IMG/VR virus record: IMGVR_UViG_3300002143_000235 | Location: 249,709-313,708 of that record | Reading direction: 5' to 3' (one strand) | DNA: 64,000 nucleotides | In this document: positions 32,990 to 45,842 of the stretch, piece after piece | How positions within the stretch are numbered: position 1 is the first letter of the stretch | Layout: every line of letters starts with the position of its first letter | Made by a program: the position numbers and the translations under genes | Notes under the pieces: model-generated | What the model was told of the DNA's origin: nothing | The model's input: the letters and a program-made list of their open reading frames with translations, nothing else | Database searches by the model: none

Positions 32990-33844
32990 TTATACAATCT
33001 CTTCATTATTTTCAATATCACCTAATACCATGAGTTGATTTTGAAACCATTCAGAACATTCAGATGTAATTCGTGTTTTATTTAACGTATAGAAGTCTTT
33101 GATGTAACGTTTGATAATCTCACCTGAAACATTCAAACATTTTTTACGTTGACCATTCATTGAATCGATCATGATTATATCTGTTTCATTATCAGTAGGA
33201 TAATCAAGCATAGCAAAGAAATTGTTTTTGAATTCTAAATCGTTAACTGTATCATCATCAGTAAGAGCTTCTGAAACTTTTGATTTAGAAAGATCTAAGA
33301 TAGGATTTTTTACAATTGGTGTTCCTTTGTGTGTTTTTATTTTCTTACGTTGTTTAATGCGTTCTTTAGGCAGAATTTCAAGTCCAATTGCATTAGCTGG
33401 AAGTTTCTTTTGTACTTTCATTTTTGTAGCTGGTTTATCACCAGAACCAAATGATCCCATCATTCCTGGAGTTGAATTGATACCAGGCATAACAACCGCA
33501 CCCATTCCTGCAGTATTAGCTGGTCCTGCAAGTGATGCATCTTCAAAAATTGTGGTAACGTCTTGCTCTTTAGCAATACGATCAACAAGTGAACCGATTG
33601 CATTTCTGAGGGTACGCTCATCAATTTTACATTTTTTTACAAATGAATGTGGTGTAATATCTTTAATAAGGTTTTTTTCAATAGCAATAGTTCTATAGAT
33701 ATACTGCTCAACTTTTGGATTCTCTTTATAACGAACACGTACAACGATAATACTATCTTGTACTTCAGTCACATCAAAATACCATTTATTATTGAGAAAA
33801 AGTTGATCACCGGGAACCAATACGTTTGTTTCAGTTGAATTCAT
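32990..33844 (-). CDS. Hypothetical protein (possibly virion-associated)
   Basis: 284-aa ORF with an upstream AATATATAA element, coupled to 32445-32990. Confidence 0.4.
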   Translation of the reverse strand: MNSTETNVLVPGDQLFLNNKWYFDVTEVQDSIIVVRVRYKENPKVEQYIYRTIAIEKNLIKDITPHSFVKKCKIDERTLRNAIGSLVDRIAKEQDVTTIFEDASLAGPANTAGMGAVVMPGINSTPGMMGSFGSGDKPATKMKVQKKLPANAIGLEILPKERIKQRKKIKTHKGTPIVKNPILDLSKSKVSEALTDDDTVNDLEFKNNFFAMLDYPTDNETDIIMIDSMNGQRKKCLNVSGEIIKRYIKDFYTLNKTRITSECSEWFQNQLMVLGDIENNEEIV

Positions 33845-34088
33845 GAATTATATATTAAAAATACAAAATATTGCAACCAACGTAACAGTATTATCACTAT
33901 ATTTGTATTCTAAATAAATGTCATGGATACACTTCTGTATAAAATGTTAGTCGACGAGCTTGCCTACTATAATGGTTTAAATCTTAAATGGGAACCAAAT
34001 GAGTATATAAAAAAGGTAACAACTAAAATTGATTACTTAGAAGATTTAATTGCAAAAGCTGATACTATCATTAAAAAACAAGAAACAA

Positions 34089-34496
34089 ATGCTTAAAATA
34101 TGTCATATCCTTCGAGCTGTGCCCGGAGCTGGAAAGTCTACACTTGCCGAATCACTTACAGACAATAATCGTTCATCAACAATTTGTTGTGCTGATGATT
34201 ACTTTATGCATGGTGACGAATACCGTTTTGATCCGGAAAAAATTGGAGCAGCACATCAATGGTGTCAGAAGATGTTTGATGACGCTACAACTGAAGGTGT
34301 TGAAATTGTAGTAGTAGCAAATACTAATACACATGAACGTGATGTGAATCACTACCGCAATCTTGCAATAGAACGTGGATATATGGTTTTTGTAACTATC
34401 GTTGAAAATTGGCACAATGGTAATGATGTTCATAATGTTCCATCTGAAGTAAAAGACAAAATGCGAAATGCTATTAAACAAAATATAAAACTTTAA
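34089..34496 (+). CDS. AAA_33 / polynucleotide-kinase-like P-loop protein
   Basis: RAVPGAGKST Walker A, CADDYF, VVANTN, HNVP. Confidence 0.75.
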   Translation: MLKICHILRAVPGAGKSTLAESLTDNNRSSTICCADDYFMHGDEYRFDPEKIGAAHQWCQKMFDDATTEGVEIVVVANTNTHERDVNHYRNLAIERGYMVFVTIVENWHNGNDVHNVPSEVKDKMRNAIKQNIKL

Positions 34497-35602
34497 TATG
34501 AATAAAATTCAATACATTAAGCTTCTTGAATTAAGAGGTGTTACAGTACTTAATGGTACAACTCTTGCTGACGCAGTAAAAAAAACAGGTGGTGATCCTA
34601 CTATAGCCGAAATGGTTGAAGTGAATAAATTATCAATGTTTTATTTTATGGAACAATATAATGAGCAAAAAGCATTAAATGAACAATTGAATACAGAAAA
34701 CATTAAATTACAGGAAAGATCTGATTGGTTATCATGTCTTGAAGCAGCTGGGGTTGATAACTGGGAAGGATATGACATTGCATACGATATGCAAGATGAA
34801 CTCTTTCCAAAATAAAAATAAAATGATTAATAGAGGGACATTAGGTAGTGAGAATCGGTATCCAGTTCTTAGCTATATTTATGATAATTACGAAAACTGC
34901 ACACCAAGTATTCAGAAACGAATTTTGAAGTTTGGCAAACTTGTTAACACATCTATTTGTGATCTGAACAATGTATCAGATAAATCATTTCGGATGCGTG
35001 TGATACAATTGTGTAAGAAAGAAGTGATTCAAATTGCACACGAATTATTTACATCTGATGAGAAAGAGATGTGTAATCGTTTATTAAATTTTACACATGC
35101 ACGATTTGCAAACATCATGCATGACACACGGGTATCACATACAATAGATATTAATAGATTCAAAGCTGAGCAACGCAGAATTTCATTAGAGCAAAATAAA
35201 AAAGAGAATATATAACATATGTTATTAAAAGTACGTGTTAAAGATAAGAAAGTTAAACAGCTTCAAATTAATCTGAAGCGTCTTCTCTTACATAATAATA
35301 CCATTTATATTATTCATAGTTTTCGTTCTGAAACTGAAATCAAACAACGTAATTTTCTTGGTATCAAAAGTGAAATAAGTAAAACATACATTAGAGAAAT
35401 TGATTTACGTATTTATAACCGTGCTAAAGATGAATACCAATCAATTGAGGATATTCCGATTATAATTGATTTCATACATGCAAACATTTTAGTGATGCGT
35501 TATAATTTCTTAAATTATATCAAATATCCATTAATGTGTCTTGGTGTTAATTTTTTGAAAGATTGATTTCTTTTTCTCGTTTTTTCTAGTTATATTTGTA
35601 AT

Positions 35603-36229
35603 ATGAAAAATTATATTATCTATTATTTGTATACACTAAAGTATACATTCACAATCCTTTTCAACTACCTCTTTGCAAAAGACGATTATCAACAAAGCTT
35701 ACACAGTGCAGAATGGTTTGCTTTTAAAGAACATTTTAAAGCACGTCAACGTTACGATAAAAAATATCCATATTATTATCATCTTTGTATGGTATGTGAT
35801 AATGTAAAGCGTTTTGGTAAAAATCTGAATCGTGAGGAATTTAGAATTGTCTACATCACAGCATTATTACACGATTTCATCGAGGATCTTACATTTACAT
35901 ATAACGATATTAAAGATTTGTTTGGTATTGAAATAGCTGATGCTGTATTTGCATGTACTGAACTTCGTGGAAAGAATCGTAGAGAACGTCACGGCCCATT
36001 ATATTACAAGGGTTTAGGTGAAAATCGACATGGTGGTTTTGTTAAATTATGTGATGTTCATGCAAATATGACAATGGGTAAACGAACTGGATCACGTATG
36101 CTTGATATGTATCAAAAAGACTATCCATTCTTCAAGAAAAAACTTACAATGTATACTACAGAATTTAAAGATGTTTTTCAATCTATTGAATTTGAATTGA
36201 TGCCAGCATCAACTCGTGGTACTTATTAA
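35603..36229 (+). CDS. RelA/SpoT-type HD hydrolase (Mesh1/small alarmone hydrolase-like)
   Basis: QRYDKKYPYYYHL, ALLHDFIED and VKLCDVHANM. Confidence 0.75.
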   Translation: MKNYIIYYLYTLKYTFTILFNYLFAKDDYQQSLHSAEWFAFKEHFKARQRYDKKYPYYYHLCMVCDNVKRFGKNLNREEFRIVYITALLHDFIEDLTFTYNDIKDLFGIEIADAVFACTELRGKNRRERHGPLYYKGLGENRHGGFVKLCDVHANMTMGKRTGSRMLDMYQKDYPFFKKKLTMYTTEFKDVFQSIEFELMPASTRGTY

Positions 36230-37109
36230 CAATTAAACACAAATATATGACTAAAGCGATCCAAACAAAGATCAATGAACAAAAATTAGACGATGCTAAA
36301 ACATTTTTAACTCGTGTTTATCGTGCCACTCATGAAGGATATACAACAATTGGTTTATCTGATTTAAGTGCAAAATTTAGCCTTGATCGTACATTTACAT
36401 CAAGAGCAATGGTTAATCTAAAAATTCTTGATGTTCAAGGTAAACTTCGTAGTACAAAATACCTGTGGACTAGTAGTGATATGCCAAATTTAAAAATGGC
36501 TGGTGACTTAATCCGTGAAATTACACGTTTAAGTATCAATTATCAAAACAAAGTAAATGAAGACAAGAAAGCTAAACAACTTATTGCTGATCGTTTGATT
36601 GAAAAATCAAAAGAAAAACGTAATCAAGTTGTTGTGCAACCTAAAACTACACGTAGTTCTATTTATGATAAGTATATTGATGTTTGTACGGCTTTTATCA
36701 ATAAATATAAAAAAACACCATTTGAAATATCAATGTCACAAGCTTTGATTGATTACAGTTTACCTCCATATTTTGGTGCAGTTTTAAATCAAAATGCTTT
36801 CATTGAAAACAAAAAAATTGTATCAAGTGTGACAGTTGACAATTTTTTATATTTAGCTACTAAATACAATTCTAATTTAGCTACTAAACGTACGTTGAAA
36901 ACAACAGTAAATACAGATGAACCAAAAACAGAATTTGAAAAAGTTATTGAAAATACTTCTTCAATTGTAACTGGTGTATCTATTCAATCATTAATTAATC
37001 GTCGTAATGAACTTTACGATACCATCAACAGTGCAACGACTGAGATTGAAAAAGTTGAAAAAGTTATTACAGCATACGAGGTTATTGAACAATACACAAA
37101 GAAAATCTA

Positions 37110-37952
37110 ATGTATATTGTTGGAATAACGGGATTAATGGGTTCTGGAAAATCTTTTATTTCTCAACATTTAGAAAGCATGGGTGACTGTGCTTTCTTCA
37201 ATTCAGATAAGATTGCAAAAGATATTCACAAGAATGAAATGCGTGAATTATTGATTGAAAGACATGGACCACAGTATTTCAAAGAAGACGGTGAGATTGA
37301 TGTAGAATACACTCGCCCACTTTACTTTTCTGGTTCCGATCTTGCAAAGGAGAATCTTGTATGGCACAAGGAAGTTATAAGTAAAATATTTGATGCTCGT
37401 TTAATAAAATTTGCAAAAGAGACAGACAAATCATATGTGCTTCTTGAGTCTGCATTACTTTTTGAATACAATCTTATTACTTATTGTGATGAAGTAATAT
37501 ATGTGGAGAATGAAGATGCCAAATTAAATGCAATAAATAGAGACGGAATATCTGAAGTTGAGTACAATAAACGAATGAGTACACAAATACCGCTTGAACA
37601 GAAGCAACGTGAGATTGATTACATCATCACTAATAGGACTTATGATGAACGTGTATTTGATTGTGTCGGTTGGGTAAATGAACAAATCGTTCGTCATGCA
37701 ACAGTTGATCAAGCAAGTTTCAAGGTGAAGAAGTTCGCAAGAATGATGGTTCGTGAGCTGTATGCAAATGAACATAAAGGAGACTGGCAAAATTTTACAG
37801 ATACCAACAATATCTTCATGGAAATTGATTGGCATCAACAAAAATTGAATGGCGCATTGGATATGGAAGATGTATCATGTATTAAAGAATACGCTGCAGA
37901 TTGCGCAAATAATTACATGTTCCTGCTTAATGCATTGGGACACTTAAACTAA
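37110..37952 (+). CDS. coaE: Dephospho-CoA kinase with a C-terminal extra domain
   Basis: VGITGLMGSGKS, NSDKIAK, ESALLFE, RDG...RMSTQ, DYIITN. Confidence 0.8.
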   Translation: MYIVGITGLMGSGKSFISQHLESMGDCAFFNSDKIAKDIHKNEMRELLIERHGPQYFKEDGEIDVEYTRPLYFSGSDLAKENLVWHKEVISKIFDARLIKFAKETDKSYVLLESALLFEYNLITYCDEVIYVENEDAKLNAINRDGISEVEYNKRMSTQIPLEQKQREIDYIITNRTYDERVFDCVGWVNEQIVRHATVDQASFKVKKFARMMVRELYANEHKGDWQNFTDTNNIFMEIDWHQQKLNGALDMEDVSCIKEYAADCANNYMFLLNALGHLN

Positions 37953-40696
37953 TAAAATCATGAAGAAAATAATTTTTGGTTTCATACTAGTGCTTGTTTT
38001 TTCATCCTGTAGTGATGGACCATTTACTGGTTATGTTGTAGGTAAGGAACATACAAGAGAACATATGAGCAATGAAAATGTGCAAACAGAATCTGTTTGC
38101 TCTATAACTGCTCCTACACCAACATTAACTTATGCATATATTCCAGTGCATGTTGCGTCGCACCCTAAATCACATAAAGTGAATGAATCATATGTACTAT
38201 ATGTTGCAAACAAACATACACTTCGACAGTTTAATGTTTCACAAAAAATATTCAATCAATATCATTGTGGTGATCAAATTACACTCAAATAAATAAAATG
38301 AAACAACATTTAATTAACAAAGAAGTAGCTGAAGATAGTGATGGATATTCTATCTATGCTAACCCAAACAAAGAGTTGAAACAAGAGATCATTGATTTTG
38401 TTGCGAACTATGCACCAACTGAAGTGACTATTGGTTGGCCACCAAAAAAGTGGGAAATCATTGAAAAAGATGGTGCAGATTATAAACTTCAAAGTGGACG
38501 TGATACAAAATATGTATCAGTAATTGAGGTTGAGGAAGCTAAAGCTGATGGATTAAAAGCAGCTGTGAATGAAACATTTATCACAGGAAAATATTTTCAT
38601 GAATGCTTCGGCACTTTGTATTATTATAAAGAATGCGATACGTCTCCATCATTACACATCATAAATATTACTGATGTTGTTGATATCACTGATACAACAA
38701 AATTTCCTAATTCAATGATGGCTGGTACTAAATTTACAAATAATGATCTCAATTGTTATCAATCAGATGTCGAGTATAAAATGGAAACATACAATGAAAT
38801 AACTATGAAAGTTAGACCTGGTGTATGTGGAATGTTTTTTTCTTTCACTAATGATGGTGATTTTCGTAATCGTAATTACAATAAAAATCTTAATTATTTT
38901 AACAACACTGTAATTGATCCACAAATCATGCTTGAAAATTTTAAAAACATGATTCGTACAAGTATTGGTAATAAGTTAGTTGTTAAAGGACTCAAAGGAA
39001 ATAATTACTTTACCGACAACATGCTTTACATTCCATATTTTGTTGATGATCGTGGTGATTATAAATTTGGTGTTGAAATGATTAAAAGTCGTGCCGATGG
39101 AATTTCCTATCAGGAGTGTTCTGGTTATACTATTTATAAAAAACCATCAAAAACTGTAGATGTAACCGTAGATGAACTTATTAATCATATTATGAGTTTA
39201 ATTCCAGTTGAAGTAATGAATTTTTTTAATTTGGAATTTGTACTTAATTATAAATACGACTTCAATTAATTATACATATTAAAAATAAATTGAGAACCTG
39301 GTACATTGTATCAGGTTTTTTCTTATATTTGTATCACTAACGTTTATTGTTCAATTAATAAAAAGATATTATGTCAACTTGGGTAACAGAAAATTGGGAG
39401 ACTATGTGTCCAAAAGCAGATAATGAAATTGCTGCTATTATTAGTGAATTGTCGAATAAACAAATTACAATATTTGATGCATTTTTAGCTCTTGATAGAG
39501 TGCCATATGAATTTCCTGATGCCGACATTGCCAAAGAGACCATCAACAAATTCATGAACTATGCCGAAGAAGTGACTGATATTTCAGCGGAAGAAATTGA
39601 AATAATTTATCATATTGTTCAATGGGTTACATATGGTGCATCAGTGTCTTCATTAACATTTAATATGGAAACATTACAACCAGGACGTTCAGAATTTGTA
39701 TCATTCTTTGTTGCAAAATTATTGAAAGCTTTCGGATACAATACACTTTGTGCTAATTACTACATGAGTTCTGGAAAATTCTTTGATTTTGAACGACCAG
39801 CAAATCACAATGCAGAGATGGGTAAAATTAAATACTCTGCACCAAATCCAATCGAAGCTAGAGCTTTTCTTGAAAGCAAAGGTGTAACATTTACAGAAGA
39901 TTAATTATGAAATATACACAAAAAGATATCGATGCGTACAATGAACGTGCAATCGAAGAAGAAGGATACGAATTTGAAAGTTGGTTAAAATTACAGCAAT
40001 TACGTCATGGACGTAATGTAGAGATATACCACAAGCAAATCAAAGGAAAATACAAAGACAATATAAAACCGCTCCAAGTCAAAGATCGTGTGACATTTTA
40101 TGTTACAAAAAATAAGAATGACGAAGTGGTTTTTATACGTGGTTTGTGGTATGAATCAAAAAACAAAGTTTCATTGATTGGTTATATTACAGCTATCAAT
40201 ACAAAAACCGTAACAGTGCAAGTTGGTGAGCGTGAATTTACAATGGCACCAAAATATGTTTATCCAAAACTATCTTTTCATAAGACGGATATTGAAATTC
40301 CTGAAGAATTGAAAAATGTATCTACTAAACGACTATTACAAATGCGTGATAGTTCTTTTAGTGGTTGGAGTCCAACTCACATGGGTACAGAATTTACCAT
40401 GGATCAAGTGTATGCTGAATTAGCAAATCGACCACATGTTCCCAACAAGAAAGAAAAGAAATTTTTTGGAAGTTTTAAAAAATAAAAATGAAGTACTGGA
40501 AAAGGTTTTTTAAGCGTTTATTTTGTGTTCATGATTATGAAATGACACACGAATTTGAAATTCCATCAAAAGCTGATATGATTTCTAGTTTGGGTCTCAA
40601 ACCAAATACACATACATCATTCAAACGCAAGTACATAACTGATATGAAGTGTACTAATTGTAAAAAACATAAACGTTTAACCGAATACACATCATT

Positions 40697-41497
40697 ATGA
40701 ATATTCATTTTACTGATAAAGAACTCTTTGAAAAACTGAAAGCGGCTTCGATCGTTCGTGTATTGGTTGGTTCTCATATGTATGGAACAAACAATGCTGA
40801 TTCAGATATTGATTATTTGTATATCTATGCTACTTCTGATAACGAGCTTAATTCGTTCATCCAGACGCATCATCAGCTTCAATATAAAGAAGAAGGTATC
40901 GATCATAATTTCGTATCATTACACACGTTCTTAAAGAACACAATCAATGGTGATTCACCAATGAATTTTGAAGTGATTCATTCTGGAAGCTTTCAAGGAA
41001 CTATGCTTGAGTTTTTGTATGACAATCGTAACAGATTCAATACGTACACTGTCTTAAAAGCATATTTAGGAATGGCTCGTCGTGATGCAAAATTTTATCA
41101 CAAAGAATCCACAACTAAAGGTAAAGCCAAAAAGCTTGGTCATGTACAAAGAGCTGATATTTATTGTCATACACTATTAAATCATAATTTTGATTTTACA
41201 ACATGTAACATTATTCTCAAAGATGTTATTAAAAATAATTTGACTTTAGTAGAAAACAATTTTGCGATTCGTTCAGCTGATGAAAATATTTCTCGATTGA
41301 GAAATTTAATGAATGATCACCTTAATGCTGGCACACTTGGTATGGCTCAGAAAATGGATATCATAGATTCAAAAATCTTGACATGTGCATTACAAGAGCT
41401 GATGATGAATAATACATATTTATCACATAAAGCAGTATTAGAAAACTTTGACATCGGAATGTTCTTGAATGCATTTGAAAATTGGGTTGAATACTAA
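40697..41497 (+). CDS. Pol-beta superfamily nucleotidyltransferase (RlaP-like)
   Basis: VGSHMYGTNNADSDIDY (GS...DxD). Confidence 0.75.
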   Translation: MNIHFTDKELFEKLKAASIVRVLVGSHMYGTNNADSDIDYLYIYATSDNELNSFIQTHHQLQYKEEGIDHNFVSLHTFLKNTINGDSPMNFEVIHSGSFQGTMLEFLYDNRNRFNTYTVLKAYLGMARRDAKFYHKESTTKGKAKKLGHVQRADIYCHTLLNHNFDFTTCNIILKDVIKNNLTLVENNFAIRSADENISRLRNLMNDHLNAGTLGMAQKMDIIDSKILTCALQELMMNNTYLSHKAVLENFDIGMFLNAFENWVEY

Positions 41498-42280
41498 AAT
41501 TATTATACATGTTTGATAAAAATATACGAGTTAACAACTCATCGCAACATTTTAATAATCAAGAACTAACTGTTAATAATAATCAAGAAGCTGTAGGTAA
41601 TATATCTAAAAGCTCCAATCAATCTCGATTTATCATTATTAATCAAAACAGTAAATCTTTTGCGTCGTTAAATTCACGTTCACCATACTATATAGAAACC
41701 ATTACAACTTCATCATTATTTAATGATGCACCACATCATCGACGTGATATGACATTTATAAGTAAAAAATATGTAATAGTCACCAATCATGTAAATGTTG
41801 ATGTTCTTAATATTTTAATTGTTGGTAAACTCATTACATTTGAAGTTGTTGAAAAAGATGTTATTGCAGTTGATAACGATTCAATATATCCATCTAATTC
41901 ATCATATAAATTTATAAGTGAAGGATCCTCTATTATTTAATTTCTATATGTCAATTTGAATTCGCATATTTGCTTAAAACATATTATACATGTCAGAATT
42001 TAAAACACGAGATGAACTAGCAATCAGCATGCCGATGGATGCATTACCTGAATTAAAAACTGCCCAAAGCATAGAAATAGCTGCAAAAATTGTTGGTATT
42101 GATATTGAAAATTTCAATGAAGATAATGAAGAAGAAGGTCTTATCATGATGTCAAATTTATCACATCGTTGGCACGCATATAATCGTTATCTCTATGCTG
42201 ATGCAATGATTGCAATGCGTGAGGAAACACTTAACAATCAATCAGATACAACTGATCGAGAAGGAAAAGCTTAATTTTAA

Positions 42281-42354
42281 GGTCCTGTAGCTCAGTTGGT
42301 TAGAGCATTCGACTCATAATCGACAGGTCGTGGGTTCAAGTCCCTCCGGGACCA
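42281..42354 (+). tRNA. tRNA with CAT anticodon (Ile2 or elongator Met)
   Basis: Canonical cloverleaf GGTCCTG/CGGGACC, loop CTCATAA, T-loop TTCAAGT. Confidence 0.9.
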
Positions 42355-42660
42355 CAAAACTATTAAAATGTCTAAAATAGAACAAAAATATAGATTCAAA
42401 CCAACCGAAATGAATTTACGTTGGAAAGAAGGTCTTGCATTATATAATTTCAAAAATAATACAAATCATACATATGATCAGTTTTTGAATGAGCTTGTTG
42501 ATGAAGATTTCAATTCAGCGTTTGATAAATGTGTTGATGAAATTCATGCTTTTGATAATCTTTTAATAGAAGATTATCAAAAAGCAATGAAATTGAAAGA
42601 TTCTAAATATGCATGTCTTGATTCATATTTAGAACTTGTTGAAGATAAATACAATTAATT

Positions 42661-43188
42661 ATGAGAACATCAACAGAATGGTGGGCTGAAACAAAAGCCG
42701 ATTCAGAAAAAATTATAAATTGGTTGAAGAACCAATACCACGGAGAAGCTGTTGCTTCCGAACGTATTCGTAAATTTATTCTTCCAACAATGGATGGAAA
42801 ATATCAATTTATGGTTGAACGTATTGCAGATGATGAGGAAAAACATGCATCATGGGTAGGCGAATTGCTTGCTACACGTGGAATTACACCAGCAATTCTA
42901 CAGAAAGAAGAACGTTATTGGAAAGAAGTAATTACAGAGGATTTTACATCTGATGGTAATTATGCTGCGGCTGTTGCTGCACATGCTGAAGAAATGCGAT
43001 TAGAACGCATCACAGTTATCATGAATGACGAAGAAGCTCCCGCTGATATAAAAAAATGTTTTACAAACATCTATAAAGATGAATTGTTTCATGCAAAAGG
43101 ATTCAAATTAATTGCTGGTGATACATATTACAACCAAGCATCAGCACAACATGCCAAAGGCTTAGAAGCTTTGGGTCTTATAGTATAA
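42661..43188 (+). CDS. Ferritin-like superfamily protein
   Basis: Two ExxH motifs (DEEKHA, DELFHA), each preceded by a helix Glu. Confidence 0.7.
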   Translation: MRTSTEWWAETKADSEKIINWLKNQYHGEAVASERIRKFILPTMDGKYQFMVERIADDEEKHASWVGELLATRGITPAILQKEERYWKEVITEDFTSDGNYAAAVAAHAEEMRLERITVIMNDEEAPADIKKCFTNIYKDELFHAKGFKLIAGDTYYNQASAQHAKGLEALGLIV

Positions 43189-44505
43189 GTTATGGAAACT
43201 ATCAAAATTGATTTATCGTTACAAGACAATCAAGTTTATCATAAAAAAACAAATAAGTTATTGCATTTTGAAGAATCTTTCATGTCTATAGATGAAACAT
43301 TAGCAAGATATTTTCTAGAGAATACAAAGCTTGATTTAAGTCAATTTAAAAATAATGAAGTCATTCGTTTAGAAGGTCGAAGAATTCATAATAATACAGA
43401 TGATTGGTTTAATATTGCAACAAAAAAAATAGAACACTGGCAAGGTAGTTCTAGTAGTAGACCTAAAATATATGGTATGTCTACATATAGCGGTTCTAAT
43501 GCTGAACACGCTATTTTGACAAAAGCTATTTTTGAGTTAAAAAAACAAACAGTGAACATTGCTATTGCTGACAAAAAGTTTTTCGTGGGTTTTTTGTCAG
43601 CGAAATATTGCAATCCTGATGAATTAGTATGCAAAGAATTTGAAGAAGGTCTAATTGAACGTCTTGACGAAGAACAAATTGCTAGTCGTAAACCAGGAAG
43701 TGGTTATTTTAACGATTTAGGTTATGCATTTAAGTATACCGATAACAAAGAAAATTACACTGATATCAATTATTTGATTGATTTAATCAAAGTAAATAAT
43801 TGTGAAATTAAAATATTTTAACTATGGAAATCAATTTTAGAAAAATAGAAGAATCACGTGCAGGTAAAGTTTATCTGAATGTTGTATACATGGGCGGTGA
43901 TGCTGATACATCACATCCAGAAGAAATCTTGTTAGATGGTATTACATTTGACAATATCGGTGAGAAGACTGAAGAGATTGCTGCGTTAATTAAACCGTAT
44001 GTAATTCTGCAAGACTTACTGGATGTTAATTCTTCAAGTTATACGGAAAATTATGCTGATGTTCTTGAGGAACATGGTGAAGAAATTGCAAAGTTATTTG
44101 ACAACGTACCAGGTGATCCTACAACAGATTTTCAGTATAACTGTAGTATACGTTATATTGAATTAGTAGGATATGATTCAACTGGTGCAAGACACAAAAG
44201 CGCAATTGATCTACGATAATGAACTGGAAATTACCACAGTTTGAACAGTTCTATGATATCGAAGAGAAGGTACCAAGTATTTGGTCGACTTGGGAAGAAG
44301 CTGGAATTGCATGTGCTCAAGCGATTGCTTTTACTTGGGATATCAAAGATGCTGAACTTATTCATAGTATTGCTATAATTAGTTATCGTGTACCAGGTTT
44401 AAAAATTACAAAACATGTTGATCCAATGTTATCATTTGCAATGCTATATCCTGCAGTAATGGTGAAATATGATCGATACGGAAATAAATATAACATTCAT
44501 TAAAA

Positions 44506-44778
44506 TGATCAGTGTAGGAATCGTAGTGGTTAGGCTTAGCCGTTGAAAGAGGTCAGTGACACGATGCAGGACTAATAGGGACTCAAGGTTTAAGTAACGT
44601 TGGTGCAAACCAGATACACCGAAGAGAAAACAGAATACCTGTGCTACACAATAAGGTCAGTTGACAGAACCGCATACTAGTTTGGTTTGGGTCAGGATGC
44701 AACTTTTAAAGGGAACACCGATTCAGTAATGATGATCACCCGATTAAGAAGCCGTCGGTTCGAGTCCGGCACTGATCA
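44506..44778 (+). ncRNA. About 270-nt RNA with tRNA-like acceptor stem and T-arm (tmRNA-like architecture, identity unresolved)
   Basis: TGATCAGT/ACTGATCA ends; GTCGG-TTCGAGT-CCGGC T-arm; GC-richer non-coding interior. Confidence 0.6.
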
Positions 44779-44791
44779 CTAATTTTTTACA

Positions 44792-45268
44792 ATGACAAAA
44801 GAAATTATTGAAGAACAAATAACAGTTATTGACGAGCAGCTTGAAAAATATAAAAATGCCTTAAAAGAGATAGATAATCTTAAAAAATAGAAAACACAAC
44901 TAAAAAATAAACTTGAGTTATTAAAACCAATACAAATTGAGGATTCACTTATTGTATCATTAACTGATGTTGAAGATAATAAAATTGATGCATTAATTAC
45001 AACTGCTATTAATGGTAAAATTAGAGATTGGGTTAATTATTATTTTGATGCTGATGATTTAGATGCTGATGATGTAATATATACAACACATATGCTTATT
45101 GGATCTAGATTATTTGTAGTTGATATTAATTATGAAACTGAATGGCTTTCTGAATGGTATTCAGTTGATAGTTCTACTGGTAAGTTTATAAGTAAAAAAG
45201 AAATTTTTAATTTCACGGTTAACTGGAATAATGATGATATGTTTAATGCTACTTATCCACGACAGTAA
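44792..45268 (+). pseudogene. 158-codon frame interrupted by one in-frame TAG (44888-44890)
   Basis: MTKEII...LKK*KTQLKNK...YPRQ; the frame stays open for 125 codons after the TAG. Confidence 0.65.
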
Positions 45269-45391
45269 TTAAATTTAGATATTATTTATTGTGTATTAAG
45301 CAGTTTAAAAATAAATCAAAAATATTTTCATAAAATAACGTTTGATTTAAAAATAATGTGTATATTTGTATCACAATCAAACGAGATTGTA

Positions 45392-45466
45392 GATAAGGTA
45401 GTTTAAGATAAAACATCCATAGAAGCTTTAACGCAGGATTTAAAGGTGCAAGTCCTTTTCTTATTA
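45392..45466 (+). ncRNA. tRNA-like RNA with expanded anticodon loop
   Basis: GATAAGG/TCTTATT acceptor, D-arm, ATCC-17 nt-GGAT, AAAGG-TGCAAGT-CCTTT. Confidence 0.55.
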
Positions 45467-45572
45467 CATATAAGTTCTTTGAAACTTGACTAGAGACGGC
45501 AGAGTAGAGTAATTATGTTGGTAATAAGACTTCATAATGAAATGAATTGTCGTTTCTCAGTTCTAAAAAAAT

Positions 45573-45747
45573 GCGTAACTAAAAGACAGGTAGTTAGTAA
45601 ACTAGATAAAAAATTTCGAAGCGATCGATAGAAGCACAATATATTCTAGTATGAAAGCAAACAATGGTTGTGTATCCTGCGCCGAAACATTGATGGAGAA
45701 TTCTAAGTCAATGTGGAATTAAATGGGTTCGAGTCCCTAGTTACGCT
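45573..45747 (+). ncRNA. About 175-nt RNA with tRNA-like ends
   Basis: GCGTAAC/GTTACGC stem plus GGG-TTCGAGT-CCC T-arm. Confidence 0.55.
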
Positions 45748-45842
45748 CAATTTTGCCGCCAAAAGGAGAACCGTGAGTCTGAGGTGTAAAAACTGTACGA
45801 CGAGCATACGTCATACCTTGCGGCGCCAAAACATTAAAAATA

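Noticed and set aside
33222-33838. Plus-strand ORFs antisense to 32990-33844, and similar shadow ORFs (e.g. 4806-5274, 28952-29155, 57436-57702, 61052-61297)
   Set aside because: They overlap better-supported genes or RNAs on the other strand or frame and have atypical composition
44506-44781. Confident tmRNA (ssrA) call
   Set aside because: No G3-U70 pair, no recognisable tag ending, and shorter than typical; kept only as an unresolved ncRNA
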